From Octopus bimaculoides (taxonomy: Eukaryota): a DNA stretch of 47,188 nt. The stretch's first letter is position 1. Each line of letters begins with the position of its first letter. Of this stretch, positions 1 through 11,855 are shown one piece after another. Where the stretch lies: NCBI RefSeq assembly GCF_001194135.2, contig NC_068988.1:1970795-2017982 (forward strand), read 5' to 3'. The notes under the pieces are model-generated. The model was not told where the DNA came from, did no database searches, and saw nothing but the letters and a program-made list of their open reading frames with translations. A program made the position numbers and the translations under genes.

Positions 1-475
1 TATATATGTGTTTGCATGCGTGTGTCTGTGTGTATGAATGAATGTGTGTTGGTCTATGTATGTATGTGTGTGTGTGGGTACGTGTGGGTACATATGTATG
101 CGTATGTATTTAGGAATGCATCTGTGTGTGTTTGAATACCTCTGCGTGCGCATTTGTGTGTGTGTGTGTGTGTGTATGTGTGTGTGTAGAGGAGGGAGTG
201 AGCGAATCAAAGTAGAGAAAGGAGGGGTGGATGTACAAACAGATGATTTTATTAGAACACAAGTTGTGGGGCGTGTATAAGAATGTGTATGCACGCATAG
301 ATGTACGGATATATATATATGTGTGTATATATATATATACACATATATATAGATGCATTCTTTTATTCTTTTACTTGTTTCAGTCATTTGATTCCGGCCT
401 TGCTGGAGCACTGCCTTGATACATACATACATGCATACATAAATACATACATACATATATATGTGTATACACAGG

Positions 476-506
<31 letters not shown>

Positions 507-707
507 CTNNNNNNNNNNACACACACACACACACACACACATGCACACATACACTTATTAACATTCACTCGCGCCAAAAGATATGCTCTCGCACGTACAC
601 ATATTTGCTTACCGACTCTAATGCATGCGCACATATACACATGCACGCGTACACGCGCACACACATATGCATGCGCTCGTGCACGCTCACGCACATGCAG
701 AGTGTCA
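1..707. repeat. Compound (TG)n/(TA)n/(CA)n/(CATA)n microsatellite tract
   Basis: Runs of tgtg, tata, caca and cata read directly; small N gap at 508-518. Confidence 0.95.
358..419 (-). mobile_element. SINE family B, 3' tail fragment
   Basis: ttttacttgtttcagtcatttgattccggccttgctggagcactgcc matches the tail of the longer copies at 9308, 12455 and 40208. Confidence 0.7.
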
Positions 708-962
708 GATGAAAACAAACATGGCGTAGATTTTCATTAAAGCGAGCAAAGTCTAATTAAATCCAATGTCCAATCGCCTCCAGCAATAATTGAAAAGTAT
801 TCAATGGCGAGATCGTCTGAAGGATAGACTAACCTAAGAACATCGGGGAACTAAGTTGATGCTTCTTACCAAATATCTTAAAGATACAATACCTGGCAGC
901 AGTTTGGCCATGGAGGTTTTGAAATGTAAATAAGTGTTGCAGACGCTTGAGAAGATAGGATA

Positions 963-1099
963 CGTGTGTGTATGCGTGTGTGTGCCTGTGTGTGTGTGTG
1001 TGTGTGTGTGCGTGTGTGTGTGTGTGTGTGCGTATATTTACATGTGTGTGTGTGTGCTTGCGTGCNNNNNNNNNNTGCGTACGTGCGCGTGTTTGCGTA

Positions 1100-1137
<38 letters not shown>
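963..1137. repeat. (TG)n microsatellite
   Basis: Direct; internal N gap. Confidence 0.95.
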
Positions 1138-1143
<6 letters not shown>

Positions 1144-1157
1144 ACTATAACTGAATT

Positions 1158-1461
1158 CGCGTGGCTCAGTGGTTAGTGTATTCAGCTTACGGTTTTAAGG
1201 TCATGAGTTCGATTCCCGGCAGCGCGTTGTGACATTGAGCAAGACACTTTTCTTCAGGTTGCTCCAGTCCACTCAGCAGGGAAAAATGAGTTGTGCCTGG
1301 AATTCAAAAGGCTTGTCACGTTCTGTGTCATGCTGAATCACCCTGAGAACTACGTTAAGAATACGCATGTCTGTGGAGTGCTCAGCCACTTGCACGTTAA
1401 GCTGGCTGTTCCGTTGATCGGATCAACTGGAACCCTGGTTGTCGTAACCGACGGAGCGCCA
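1158..1461 (+). mobile_element. tRNA-derived SINE family C, near full length
   Basis: A box gtggctcagtgg, B box gagttcgattccc, CORE-like ttgagcaagacact. The 3' half (gagaactacgttaag...ttccgttgatcggatcaactggaac...gtaaccgacgg) is shared with 34605-34973. Confidence 0.85.
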
Positions 1462-1468
1462 GTTAGTC

Positions 1469-1553
1469 GACAAATGGACGTAGCGTCAGGCTCTTTGCTT
1501 GGACGTATGCTTGGCTCTTTGCTTGGACAAATGGACGTAGTGTCATGCTCTTT
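1469..1553 (+). repeat. Short imperfect tandem duplication
   Basis: gacaaatggacgtag(c/t)gtca(g/t)gctcttt at 1469 and 1526, with a partial unit between. Confidence 0.7.
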
Positions 1554-1574
1554 CAGTGATTCGTAAGGGTGATA

Positions 1575-2040
1575 TTGTTGGACCCTAATCCTGAATAGCT
1601 ACAATTCACTGCCTGCAAGGAAAATATGGTCAAGAAGGAAATCCTGGTGATTGAGAGGAAGAATTGGGCATAGGGGTCAGTCTAGAACCTGAAGGGACTG
1701 GTGGTGGGGGTAGAAGGAGTGAGAAAATATTTGTGAAGAGAGACGATGTCTGTCGGATAAGATTGAGTAATATAAGATTGGCTTACTCCAAGGATAAGAA
1801 GCTTATGTAGTGCCATCTACCGAAAAGATAGAGAGAGGTGAGACAATGTGTCTATGAGATGGAAATTGTAGGTGTTTAGAGAAGTTGGGTTGGTCACTTT
1901 GAGATGGGCATAACAACAGCATTATTCTAGATGTAGGAAGAGAACTTCTTTGGGGTTCTCACTCGATCTTTATAGATGTTCGGCAGCTGTTCGGAGTTGA
2001 ATTATTTTCTGTTTCTGAAGAGGAAAACCAGTCACGGTAT
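1575..2040 (-). pseudogene. Degraded Penelope-like reverse transcriptase fragment
   Basis: The minus strand gives YAHLKVTNPTSLNTYNFHL (cf. PKIHK..RPIVS..TY.LAK) and DIVSL/FTNI across a frameshift at ~1726-1750 (the PLE DVxSLFTNI motif); many stops. Confidence 0.5.
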
Positions 2041-2105
2041 GGGGTGGGAGCAAAGTTTTTTTTTCTTCTGTTACGGTAGAAATATGTCATTATTAGTGAT
2101 TGATT

Positions 2106-2318
2106 AAAGCGGAGGGCTGGAAAAAAATGTTACCGAACCGGACAAAATGCTTAGCGGCGTTTCGTCCGGCTTTACGTTCTGAGCTGTAATTCCTCCGAGG
2201 TCGATTTCGCCTTTCATCCCTCGGGATCGATAAAATAAGTCAGTTGAGTACTGGGGTTAATTCAACCGACTAAACTTCCGCTCCCAGAATTGCTGGCCTT
2301 GTGTCAAAATGTGAAACC
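2106..2318 (+). mobile_element. tRNA-derived SINE family A, diverged
   Basis: aaatgcttagcgg...gaggtcgatttcgcctttcatcc...gataaaataagt...tactgggg matches the copy at 8724. Confidence 0.85.
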
Positions 2319-2391
2319 ATTGTTTGTGATTGATCACTAAACCAGATCAATAATGTTTAGTATTTGTAGCAACGTGGATGGTTTTAATCCC

Positions 2392-2458
2392 GTTTACTTT
2401 TTCTATTTGCTTCAGTTATTGAATTACGGCCATGATGGGGCACCACATTGAAAGGTTG
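2392..2458 (-). mobile_element. SINE family B, 3' tail fragment
   Basis: cttcagttattgaattacggccatgatggggcaccacattgaaagg resembles the tails at 12455 and 40208. Confidence 0.6.
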
Positions 2459-2606
2459 AATCGAAGGCTTGTACTTCTTTATTAAGTGCGGTACTTTTTT
2501 CTTCATTGTCTTTTGCCGAACTTCTAGATCACAAGAAGGCAAACAAACCAATACCGAAAGTCGAGAGGTACTGGTTTTCGCCTATCAAATTCTTTTCTTT
2601 TTTACT

Positions 2607-2808
2607 CTAGGTACAAGACCCGAAATTTTTGGAAAGGGGGCAGTCGATTAGATCGACCCCAGTACGCAGCTGGTACTTAGTTTATCGACCCCGAAAGGAT
2701 GAAAGGCAAAGTCGACCTCGGCCGAATTTGAACTCAGAACATAAAGGTAGACGAAATGCCGCTAAATGTTTGGTCCCGTCTACTAAAGATTCTGGCACCT
2801 CGTAGCCT
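2607..2808 (-). mobile_element. tRNA-derived SINE family A
   Basis: cagtcgattagatcgaccccagtacgcagctggtac...ggatgaaaggcaaagtcgacctcggccgaatttgaactcagaac is the reverse complement of the family A body and B box. Confidence 0.9.
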
Positions 2809-2870
2809 TGAAATTTTACACATTTACAGAACTTTAGAGCTCTCACTTTTACCAAGGGGTAAAGAAGCCT

Positions 2871-3062
2871 GTTCGTGCTCGCTCTAATTTCTAGAAATAG
2901 AGGCTAAATCTCCCTCAAACTAGACCTTAAAGCCTTGAAAATAAAGAACAAATCATATTGTGTTCTCCTAGAGACTCAAACAAGGCGGTATAGTCATGAC
3001 TGGAACGCCTTTTATCATAAGACGGTCAATTAGCTTTGACTGACAGTCAAACAACAATAACT
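2871..3062 (+). mobile_element. Interspersed repeat family E (~200 bp, ends in aacaacaa)
   Basis: ctagaaatagaggctaaatctccctcaaa and gtcatgactggaacgcc...aaacaacaa recur at 7983(-), 11385, 11765, 17180(-), 18722, 37888 and 38098. Confidence 0.6.
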
Positions 3063-3077
3063 TTCTCTTTCGTCTCT

Positions 3078-3220
3078 TCTTCTTTTTCTTCTTCTTCTTC
3101 TTCTTCTTCTTCTTCTTCTTCTTCTTCTTCTTCTTTCTTCTTCTTCTTCTTCTTCTTCTTCTTCTTCTTCTTCTTCTTCTTCTTCTTCTTCTTCTTCTTC
3201 TTCTTCTTCTTCTTCTTCTT
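3078..3220. repeat. (TTC)n microsatellite
   Basis: Direct; source of the poly-S/F and poly-K/E pseudo-ORFs. Confidence 0.98.
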
Positions 3221-3352
3221 TATCGTTATCATACCCAAACCAACGATCTAATCACCCTTCAAGAAAATCTAAAATAGTTACCACAGCAGAGTAATAATAT
3301 TTGTCTCAAGTTTAAGATTAATTACCATTAAGATAAGTCACATAAAAATAGT

Positions 3353-3398
3353 TTGCTACAACTATTAGTTGCTACAACTATTAGTTGCTACAACTATT
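3353..3398 (+). repeat. 16-bp tandem repeat x3 (ttgctacaactattag)
   Basis: Units at 3353, 3369 and 3385 (last partial). Confidence 0.9.
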
Positions 3399-4214
3399 TC
3401 AAAAGCGACAGACTGCAGCCTTTTATCGGGAAAAGAATCTCAGATTATAAACTGGCCGATCGTTTTTCAGAAATATAGCACCCCACCACCCCGCCATTCC
3501 ACCGAAATCGATTTGGCAGTAAACTACAGGTAAACGAAGTATGTGGAATCTAAATTTAATTTGATGACAATAGTAATTATTACAACTCTCAACACATTTG
3601 ACCTTATTCTTCAGAAGATAAAAACCTCTGCCCTGAGCCAGTTTCACGTGATGAGCTAATCTTTATGGCTCTGCCACCGTAGATTTATGACAAACAGCCT
3701 TTACTTGAAAGATAAAACAAATAATGTGAGAGATGCTACACTGAAGGCGTTGCATTCGAATGAAATGTCAAGTTTTGATGTTTACTGTTCACAGCAAACG
3801 GACGATTTTTGTTGCACACTTACTATAATAAAAGATGTCCAGCCTAATTTAATTTCAGAAAGATTAGGATTAAATCTTCAGTGAAAAACTACAGATCAGC
3901 CCAGATTAACATCTGTTTTATGCAAAGCATCTATCAACAAAAATAAAATTGTTAGCCATACGACTGGTGTCAGCTTGTTTCACACGGAACATCAGCGTTT
4001 TTATAACTAGAGACATTACACCATAAACATCTTTATTTTATGGAATTCGCGACAGACGCACAAACACACACTGACTAGCCCTTCTGTATTTACAAGCCAA
4101 CCATGGCCTCTCGATTTGATAGAAATTGCAACAAATCTTCTTCAGCCACACTAGATTGTCTTAAAATACTGGACATACACAACACTATGAGCTGCGATAC
4201 ATTATTCATGAATA

Positions 4215-4216
<2 letters not shown>

Positions 4217-4298
<82 letters not shown>
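4217..4298. repeat. (AT)n microsatellite
   Basis: Direct. Confidence 0.98.
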
Positions 4299-4301
<3 letters not shown>

Positions 4302-4884
4302 GGCATGGTTTATAACTGGTAGTGCTGGCATCCATATTGTATAGTGGCGGTATTCGACGCGAATACCAGTTATATGCTGTAACCAGTAATGGATTGTTTG
4401 ACAATATAAAGATATACCCACTCTATTGCATATTTTTTGTTTTTATTTTTGACTTATGGAGAAGTAACTGAATTTACACACACACACACACACACATACG
4501 CATGTGCGCGCGCCTCTTTTCATATGAAGTAAAAACAATTTAACGTTAAACAGAAGTGGTACTCAATACTTTTAGTGGAATATGTTTACTTAACATTTAC
4601 GAGGCAAAGTTGGCATTAAAGAACACAAGCAAGCCAAAGTTCGGGCCAGATTGTATGCGTCATACCATTCATACATACATATATACATACGTGCATACAT
4701 ACATACATACATACATACATACGAAAACGCAACAACAACAGCAGCGAGTAACACATTTAACTCACTTTGACATTGTCATTATCAAAGTTTTGTTGTATAA
4801 TGTTATATGATGACATTCTTAAAATGGCCAGTAAATTGGGAGTAGGAATATGACCAGTAATTACACCCGCTAAGTTGTGTGTTA

Positions 4885-5230
4885 CTTTCTTTTTATTCAT
4901 AAGCAATGGAGTCAACAACTTTTAGAGATGATTCCAAACTATCCAAAGTAGGAGGAAGCTTTCGGATCACAGATATGTTGTATGAAGATTATCGCTGTTG
5001 TCTAATCTCAAGTTGGCATTGACCTAACAGACCTATGATTGAAAGCATTTCAGTTGACCGTATCGTAATTTTCTCGGGTATTTCATATCCAGAATTATAG
5101 TATCCAAAGAATCCTTCCCCATTCAAGATGATAGTGTATAATTCGAGAGAGATGTGGCTCCTAGGTTTAGCAAATGACTGTGTAAAACGGTGATGACAAC
5201 CAATGATATTCTTGACACGTGACACGTGAC
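4885..5230 (-). pseudogene. Highly decayed mariner-type transposase fragment
   Basis: Minus-strand frames give HRFTQSFAKPRSHISLEL (cf. H.LT..QK..R..I..EL), LDTII and GYEIPE near the first catalytic Asp region, and ctttggatagtttggaatcatc resembling FWDSxGII. Several frameshifts are needed. Confidence 0.4.
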
Positions 5231-5719
5231 AGATTTTGAAACGATCCGCCTCCAGTCTTCTTGATACTCTTTATAGATACATTAAAAAATCTGATAAAGA
5301 ATTTTTAAACTTTAACATATTATTAAAAAAAATTATAGTGTTTCAGTGCTGTCTAAGGACACATTACTCTCTGTTGTAATCAGAAGATTTAAAATCGATT
5401 ACATATTAATAAATTAGCACCGTATTATTAGTTATTCGTATAGGCTAACACGATATGTCGAACACGTGATTTCAGCCTTTTTTGTTTTCTCAATTCTTCT
5501 TTCTTATCAATGTGGCAACAACTGTTTATGAAAAGATTATTTCGAAAAGCAAAGTTTGAAGATTGGTGTGGTGAATAATATGGCGTTGTTGATACGGGTG
5601 ATATAGTTCTTTGGATGTTGCCGGAGGATGTAGTTGTGAGTAGATCATGAAAAGGTTTCTTGACATTAAGCATTATCCCTGGGTACAGAACCTGCTGTCA
5701 ACCACAATGAGTCTGTGTC

Positions 5720-6790
5720 CTAACAGCTAAAACAGAAATAATCCCAACAACCAAAAAACATGTTTCAATTGTTGGCAGGACATTCTCATTAAGTAGCTGT
5801 GATTTCTTGTATTGTTGAAGCAGAAAAAAAAAAGGGAAAAAGAATGGTGAATTTATTAAAGAAGCTTTTGTTAAACCTGCACCACTTTTAGTTGAAGACT
5901 TTCGTAATAAGGACGCTAAGGGTGTGAATGAACTGGCAATAAGTAGAAATATTCTGAAAGGCATTTAGTGCCAACGACAATGTTTCACAGGAGAACGTCG
6001 ATTTTCAAGAATGTAATTCTCCATAAAATCAGAAGTTCACAGCCCAAATCCCGGATTACGTTTACATCTTCACGTTGACATTCATTCTTTTCTGAACCCT
6101 TTCGAAATATAATGGATTTTTGCTTCCCAATGGGATTTCATTGGAACGCTAACGCAGGAAATCAAATTCGAGGACATTTAAATCGAAGCAAACTAATTTT
6201 TTCTGTTAGTCTTGATGGGTTCACTGATATTACGACATCGGTTCTTCTAGCTGTCTTTAGCTCAATAATTTTAAAAAGATTCTTTTCATGAGGAGTTGAT
6301 TACATTAGAGAATTTGCCTCAAAACACGTCAGGAAAAGACATAAGTGCCTCTGTTGTTAAAGAGTTTTGGCGGCTAGAGCTGAAGGTACGTCTAATATGG
6401 TAGGCAAAAATGATGATTTTTATAAATAAAGCAATTTATTAAAGCTCTTGATCATCTTGTTTCTTCCTATTGTTTTACTCATCAAGAAGTACTTTTGTTT
6501 AAAATAGGCTTTCAACATTTCGATGATGTGATGAGAGTTGTAACAAAGGTCGTTAATTTGGTAGCTGCCAGAGCTTTACATGAACGAGAATTTGATTAAC
6601 TTTTAATGAAGGTAAATTAGTTTTTGAAGATTTACTAATGCAAGATGGTAGAGCTGGGGACGAAGTTGTCGACTGGTTTCTTGATTGTTTAAGTAAAATC
6701 AAACTTTTCGTGAAGCACAATTTTCTTCAGTTAAATGTTTGTCCTTCATTTGCGGATTTTTCTTGTCTCTTGATGAATTTCATATTAAAA
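5720..6790 (+). pseudogene. hAT transposase fossil, Charlie/Buster/SPIN-like
   Basis: Motifs in the expected order: GEFIKEAF, FSVSLDGFTDIT (cf. FSLALDESTDIT), HEELITLENLPQNTSGKDI, EGTSNMVGKND (cf. DGAPAMVG), YCFTHQEVL (cf. HCIIHQEAL), DVMRVVTKVVNLVAARALHEREF; stops and frameshifts. Confidence 0.85.
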
Positions 6791-8617
6791 ATAAAAAATA
6801 AATATTAGCGACGGAAGTAGTATTAATATCCAAAAGAAATCTTTATATACAATGTGACGTGAACAGATTATTAGAACACCGAATACTGGGGCATTTGCCC
6901 TGGCTGGTTCTCTAATGTTGTTTAAAATTACACGCAGAAAATGTCCGGAATGAGTACCGGAACTACAAGACTTGGTGATGTCAGCGTACTGTACTACTGT
7001 CGCTAATATCTAAGATAAGGCTGAAGGCTATTTACAACATCGGTGTCTGAAGAGACACTCTTGTTCTATATATCGCTGGCAGTGATATGCTGTGAGCAGA
7101 TACCTACTACTGAAGAAACACAGCATGAGGAAATCACATGATCTGCTAGTTCCGGCACCCATCTCACCTCCGATATAGGTGTGTGCTTTTAAGCACCGTG
7201 TTTGTATATGAAAGGAGATCTCAGAGCGAATGGCGCAGTATATGGCGTTGGAAAACATGTTGTCGTAATGTTTGACTTCAGTCAGAGTTTTGGGAGTAAC
7301 CTGTGAGAGTAATCTTGATTTGCTAACGAAAGGTTTCACATATCCTAAGAGCAACAAAGTAATGTCTTATAGAAACCAGCTGTAAGATTCATCAACAACA
7401 CACAAAAGTTCTAAATGTCGTGACTGTATAGTTTTCTTCTACGTTTATCGAACTTAGAGTTAGAAAAAGACAATACTATTTATAAAAATAATCTTAATGA
7501 AGCAAACCTCACGCTGTATTTCAATGCTTGAATTAAAGCTATTTCGAAACACAGTAAGTCTACTTCTAATGGAATTCTATTTGGAAGCAAAAATCCATTA
7601 TATTTCGAAATGATCTGAACAAAACGAACGCGAACGTGTGAACGTAGTCATGAATTCGGATCGTGAACCTGAGAAGATGCTGAGAATTGCATTCCTGAAA
7701 ACCACGTGAAACAGTGTCATCAGCACTGAATAATATAACACCGAACAAAACGGGAATAGAAAGAGTATGGTGCCATTCCATGTCAGAATGTCATATCACT
7801 CCCATATACTGCCTTCTCGAAGACAGCAACGGAAAAAAACCTATAAAATTAAAGCAACTTTTTAACATTTCTCTAATTTAAAAAGTCATTCCAACTGTGA
7901 CCATCCAATGTTTTTTTCAGACTGTACCTACGACTATATTATCAAATGTGTCCAAGTTATTTTTTAAATGGTTGGGTGATAATTGAAGCAAATTTAGCTC
8001 CTGTTTCTCTCAGATCGAGCGACCTTGTAAAGGTACCATCGTTGATTCGCGCGTCGTTCTTCTCTAATGGAGATTCTGTAGACTGGTCAAAGACCACAAC
8101 TGGCACTGATGGTGTAGCCAATTAAATCTACCCATCGTTTAACTGGGGTGTCATTTTATAGAGTCCTAATTGGAATTCGAACTTCGAACGCATTATCAAA
8201 TAATGCAAAGTATTATGTTATTAGGCTGCTGTGACATAACGGATGTATTAACCCCTACAAGCGAATATACTTGACAAGCATTTACAAAACTATTGAGTAA
8301 ATAAAAATAATATAAAATTAACAAAATGTAATGTAATGCTGCAGTTAGGTGCAAGGGAGCTAACTTTTGCACCTAACACCCTCCCATACAAAAAAATCCT
8401 TTAATTGCACTAAAAATCACGGGAGGCAACTCTTAAACGGAAAACCCGAGGGTACGAATGCTTCAGCGTTCTGTTGTAGAATACTGCTGCACCATAATAA
8501 GATCGATTTTGCAGCAATAGACAAATAAATGCATGACAAAATAAATATAACGTTGCAATTGAAAAGAGAAAATGTGCGACGTGTAGTTAAGAAAGATAGT
8601 TGGCTGAGATTATTTTC

Positions 8618-8642
8618 CTTAATTAATTAATTAATTAATTGA

Positions 8643-8699
<57 letters not shown>

Positions 8700-8722
8700 G
8701 TTGTTGTTGTTGTTGTTGTTAT
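8618..8722. repeat. (TTAA)n-(TTA)n-(TTG)n compound microsatellite
   Basis: Direct. Confidence 0.95.
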
Positions 8723-8723
8723 T

Positions 8724-8937
8724 AAGGTGAGCTGGCAGAATCGTTAGCACGCCGGGCGAAATGCTTAGCGGTATTTCGCCCGTCGCAACGTTCTGAGTTC
8801 AAATTCCGCCGAAGTCGACTTTGCATTTCATCCTTTCGGAGTCGACCAGCGAAACATTGGGAGTCGATGTAATCGATTCGTCCCCTTCCCCCAAATTTCA
8901 AAGCCTTGTGCATTCAATAGAAAGGATTATTATTATT
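8724..8937 (+). mobile_element. tRNA-derived SINE family A, full length with (ATT)n tail
   Basis: gagctggcagaatcgttagc (A-box region), gagttcaaattcc (B box), gtcgactttgcatttcatcc, ending gccttgtgc...gattattatt. Confidence 0.9.
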
Positions 8938-9080
8938 CCTTCGTAAAACAGTGAAGGTAAAAATGCACCGGAGTCTTTTGTCATCCATCAAGTCACAACA
9001 AGGAGCTCAGACAGATAATAATAATAATAATAATTATTATTATTATTATCATTATTATTATAATCATTATTATTATCACT

Positions 9081-9217
9081 AAGGTGGCGAGATGGCAGAA
9101 TCGTTGGCACGGCGGGAGAAATACTTAGCGGCATTTTTGCCTGTCGCTACGTTCTGAGTTCAAATTCTGTCGAGGTCGACTTTGCCTTTCATCCTTTTGT
9201 GCCTTTCATCCTTTTGT
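9081..9217 (+). mobile_element. SINE family A, 3'-truncated
   Basis: Head and B box match 8724; ends in a 17-bp tandem duplication gcctttcatccttttgt (9184-9217). Confidence 0.85.
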
Positions 9218-9307
9218 ATTGGTTAATGTTTATTGGGACCGACCAAATTATTTACACGCGCGCGCGTGTATATGTGTGTGTGTGTGTGTATCTATCTTTA
9301 TGTTTTG

Positions 9308-9471
9308 TCTTTTACTGCTTTCAATCATTTGACTGCAGCCGAGCTGGGCAAATCGACCCCAGGATTTATTCTTTGTAAGCCTATGGGTCTCTTCTACCGA
9401 ACCGCTAATTTTCGGGGACGTAAACAAACAGATATCGGTTGTCAATGATGGTGGTAGACACACACGCACAC

Positions 9472-9543
<72 letters not shown>

Positions 9544-9705
9544 CGGGCTTCTTTGTGTTTCCGTCAACCAAATCCATTCACAAGGCTTTGGTTTTGCCCG
9601 AGGCCATAGTAGAACACACCTGTCCAAAATGCCACGCAGTGGGTCTGAACACGGAACCATGTGGTCGGCAAGCAAGCTTCTTACAACACAGCCACGCCTG
9701 CGCCT
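9308..9705 (-). mobile_element. tRNA-derived SINE family B, full length with internal (CA)n
   Basis: Minus strand starts aggcgcaggcgtggctgtgttgtaagaagc, then B-box-like gtgttcagaccc, internal (TG)n at 9458-9541, and a tail ending gtaaaaga. Confidence 0.9.
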
Positions 9706-10594
9706 GTATGCACAATATTGTTGTTAATCCGTGTGTAAGTGTGACTCTCCGCTTCCTCTTCCATCATCTCCTACTTCATCCCCCTCCTTAGTACAATCTG
9801 AATCCGCTGTTAAACGGCATCATCTGGACCGTTGCTGCCTTTAGCAGAATTCACTCCACTGCAATTATTCTATCCAAGACTTCAGCCTGAATATAGTTTC
9901 TTCCTATTCGCCTTATTTCTTTCAGAGGTCTTGAAATATGCACAGAATGTGCTATGTCTGTTATCTTTCTGACCACAAACAGCCAAATGGCTATTAAAGC
10001 GAACTTACACAAGTCCTTACCATAGGTTTCGTTATCTGCTTTAAATGATATCGCATTATATATATATATATNNNNNNNNNNNNNNNNNNNNNNNNNNNNN
10101 NNNNNNNNNNNNNNNNNNNNNNNNNNNNNNNNNNNNNNNNNNNNNNNNNNNNNNNNNNNNNNNNNNNNNNNNNNNNNNNNNNNNNNNNNNNNNNNNNNNN
10201 NNNNNNNNNNNNNNNNNNNNNNNNNNNNNNNNNNNNNNNNNNNNNNNNNNNNNNNNNNNNNNNNNNNNNNNNNNNNNNNNNNNNNNNNNNNNNNNNNNNN
10301 NNNNNNNNNNNNNNNNNNNNNNNNNNNNNNNNNNNNNNNNNNNNNNNNNNNNNNNNNNNNNNNNNNNNNNNNNNNNNNNNNNNNNNNNNNNNNNNNNNNN
10401 NNNNNNNNNNNNNNNNNNNNNNNNNNNNNNNNNNNNNNNNNNNNNNNNNNNNNNNNNNNNNNNNNNNNNNNNNNNNNNNNNNNNNNNNNNNNNNNNNNNN
10501 NNNNNNNNNNNNNNNNNNNNNNNNNNNNNNNNNNNNNNNNNNNNNNNNNNNNNNNNNNNNNNNNNNNNNNNNNNNNNNNNNNNNNNNNNNNNNN

Positions 10595-10690
10595 GTTTAG
10601 AAGCATAGTTGAAGACACTCGACTGACACGCTGCGCAGCAGGATTGAACCATAAGCCACGTGGTTGCAAAGAGAGCCTCTTCACCATACA
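10595..10690 (-). mobile_element. SINE family B, 5' part next to a gap
   Basis: gcatagttgaagacact...gcgcagcaggattgaacc...ccacgtggttgc...accataca resembles the family B head. Confidence 0.6.
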
Positions 10691-10785
10691 GACATACATA
10701 TGGAACACAAAGAAATATTTTCAACAGAAAATACGTCATAAAAATCCTGTCTTGGGAGGGTCATTACGCCAATGACGATTTCAGA

Positions 10786-10975
10786 TTTTGGCATAATGCC
10801 AGCAATTTCGGCGGAGAGGTTAAATCGATTATATCGACCCCAGTACGCAACTGGTACTTAATTTATCGACCTCGAAGGGATGAAAGGCAAAGTCGACCTC
10901 GGCAGAATTTGAACTGAGAATGTCGAGACGAACGAAATGCCACTAAACTCGGCGTGCTAACAATTCGGCCGCCTT
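10786..10975 (-). mobile_element. tRNA-derived SINE family A
   Basis: atcgaccccagtacgcaactggtacttaatttatcgacc...gatgaaaggcaaagtcgacctcggcagaatttgaact. Confidence 0.9.
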
Positions 10976-11384
10976 ATTTCGTATAAATATTGATCTCGTT
11001 TTACTAAAAACAAACCCCGTGGCTCTTTCGATTTTGTTTTAAGCGCAAACCAGAAGAGAGATTCCTGCAAGGCGATGGCGTTCGTCATACCTCACCAGCT
11101 TCGTTGTTTCATGCTTGTCGGTTATCCCTGTTCAGCTATGATATATCAATCGTTGTTTAAATATATATGTTAATTACTTTCATATGTTAATTGGTTCCAT
11201 ATATTAATTAATTTGAAGTCTAATTTTTGTAGTTAAGACACATAGTAGAGTAAATCGAATCAATGAACGACTCGTTCAATATACTCATTAAGTACGAAAC
11301 TAATTGCTATAAGGCAATTAAGCTTGGCACTCTTCCAAACCAAACATCTCATTCAAAAAGGAACCAGCAAAGAGGAGATTCGAC

Positions 11385-11855
11385 ATGGTCGCTCGATGTG
11401 CTAGAAATAGCTGCCAGATTTCACTTAAATCGCATCCGCAGTCTTAATGTAGTCCTTGTTAGATGATGATATGAAAGTATGTGGCCTAATGGTTAAGCTA
11501 TTGAGCTGACAACCATGACGTTGAAGGTTCGATTCGTGGACATTTGACCAAGACAATTCACTTCAACTGCTCAGTTGAAAGAACAAGCCAAGTACTGGTG
11601 CAACCCTCTTTCATTCCCATATTGTTGTATCGTTTATTCCAGTGAGTCACGGGTGGCAAGGCCGAGACAGTGTCTATGTCTGCTAGCGACATTATAAAGA
11701 CCAAAGCAATTAACGAAAGTATATACTGCCAAGACATCCACGATTCCAAGTGATACACCCGAAATATAAAAACGGGATGGCCACGGATGGAATACCATTG
11801 ATTATAGATCTGTTCAATCGGGGCTGACCAGAAGTTAAAAGCCAGCAACAACCTT
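11385..11855 (+). mobile_element. Family E split in two (11385-11455, 11765-11855) with a family C SINE head (11480-11600) between
   Basis: ggtcgctcgatgtgctagaaatagc (E 5' part); gtggcctaatggttaag...ggttcgattcg (tRNA head); gggatggccacggatggaatacc...ggggctgacc...gcaacaac (E 3' part). Confidence 0.55.

Noticed and set aside
4349-4367. 8-bp hairpin ggtattcg-acg-cgaatacc as a Helitron 3' end or terminator
   Set aside because: No CTRR end follows on either strand, and short hairpins are expected by chance.
5344-7728. cagtgctg / cagcactg as TIRs of the hAT fossil
   Set aside because: Only 8 bp match, and the flanking 8-mers are not a TSD.
7028-7790. Non-repetitive ORFs downstream of the hAT fossil
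   Set aside because: No consistent transposase or host motif in any frame I translated.
8344-8377. 11-bp hairpin resembling a mariner TIR remnant
   Set aside because: Too short, with no TSD or second copy in the window.
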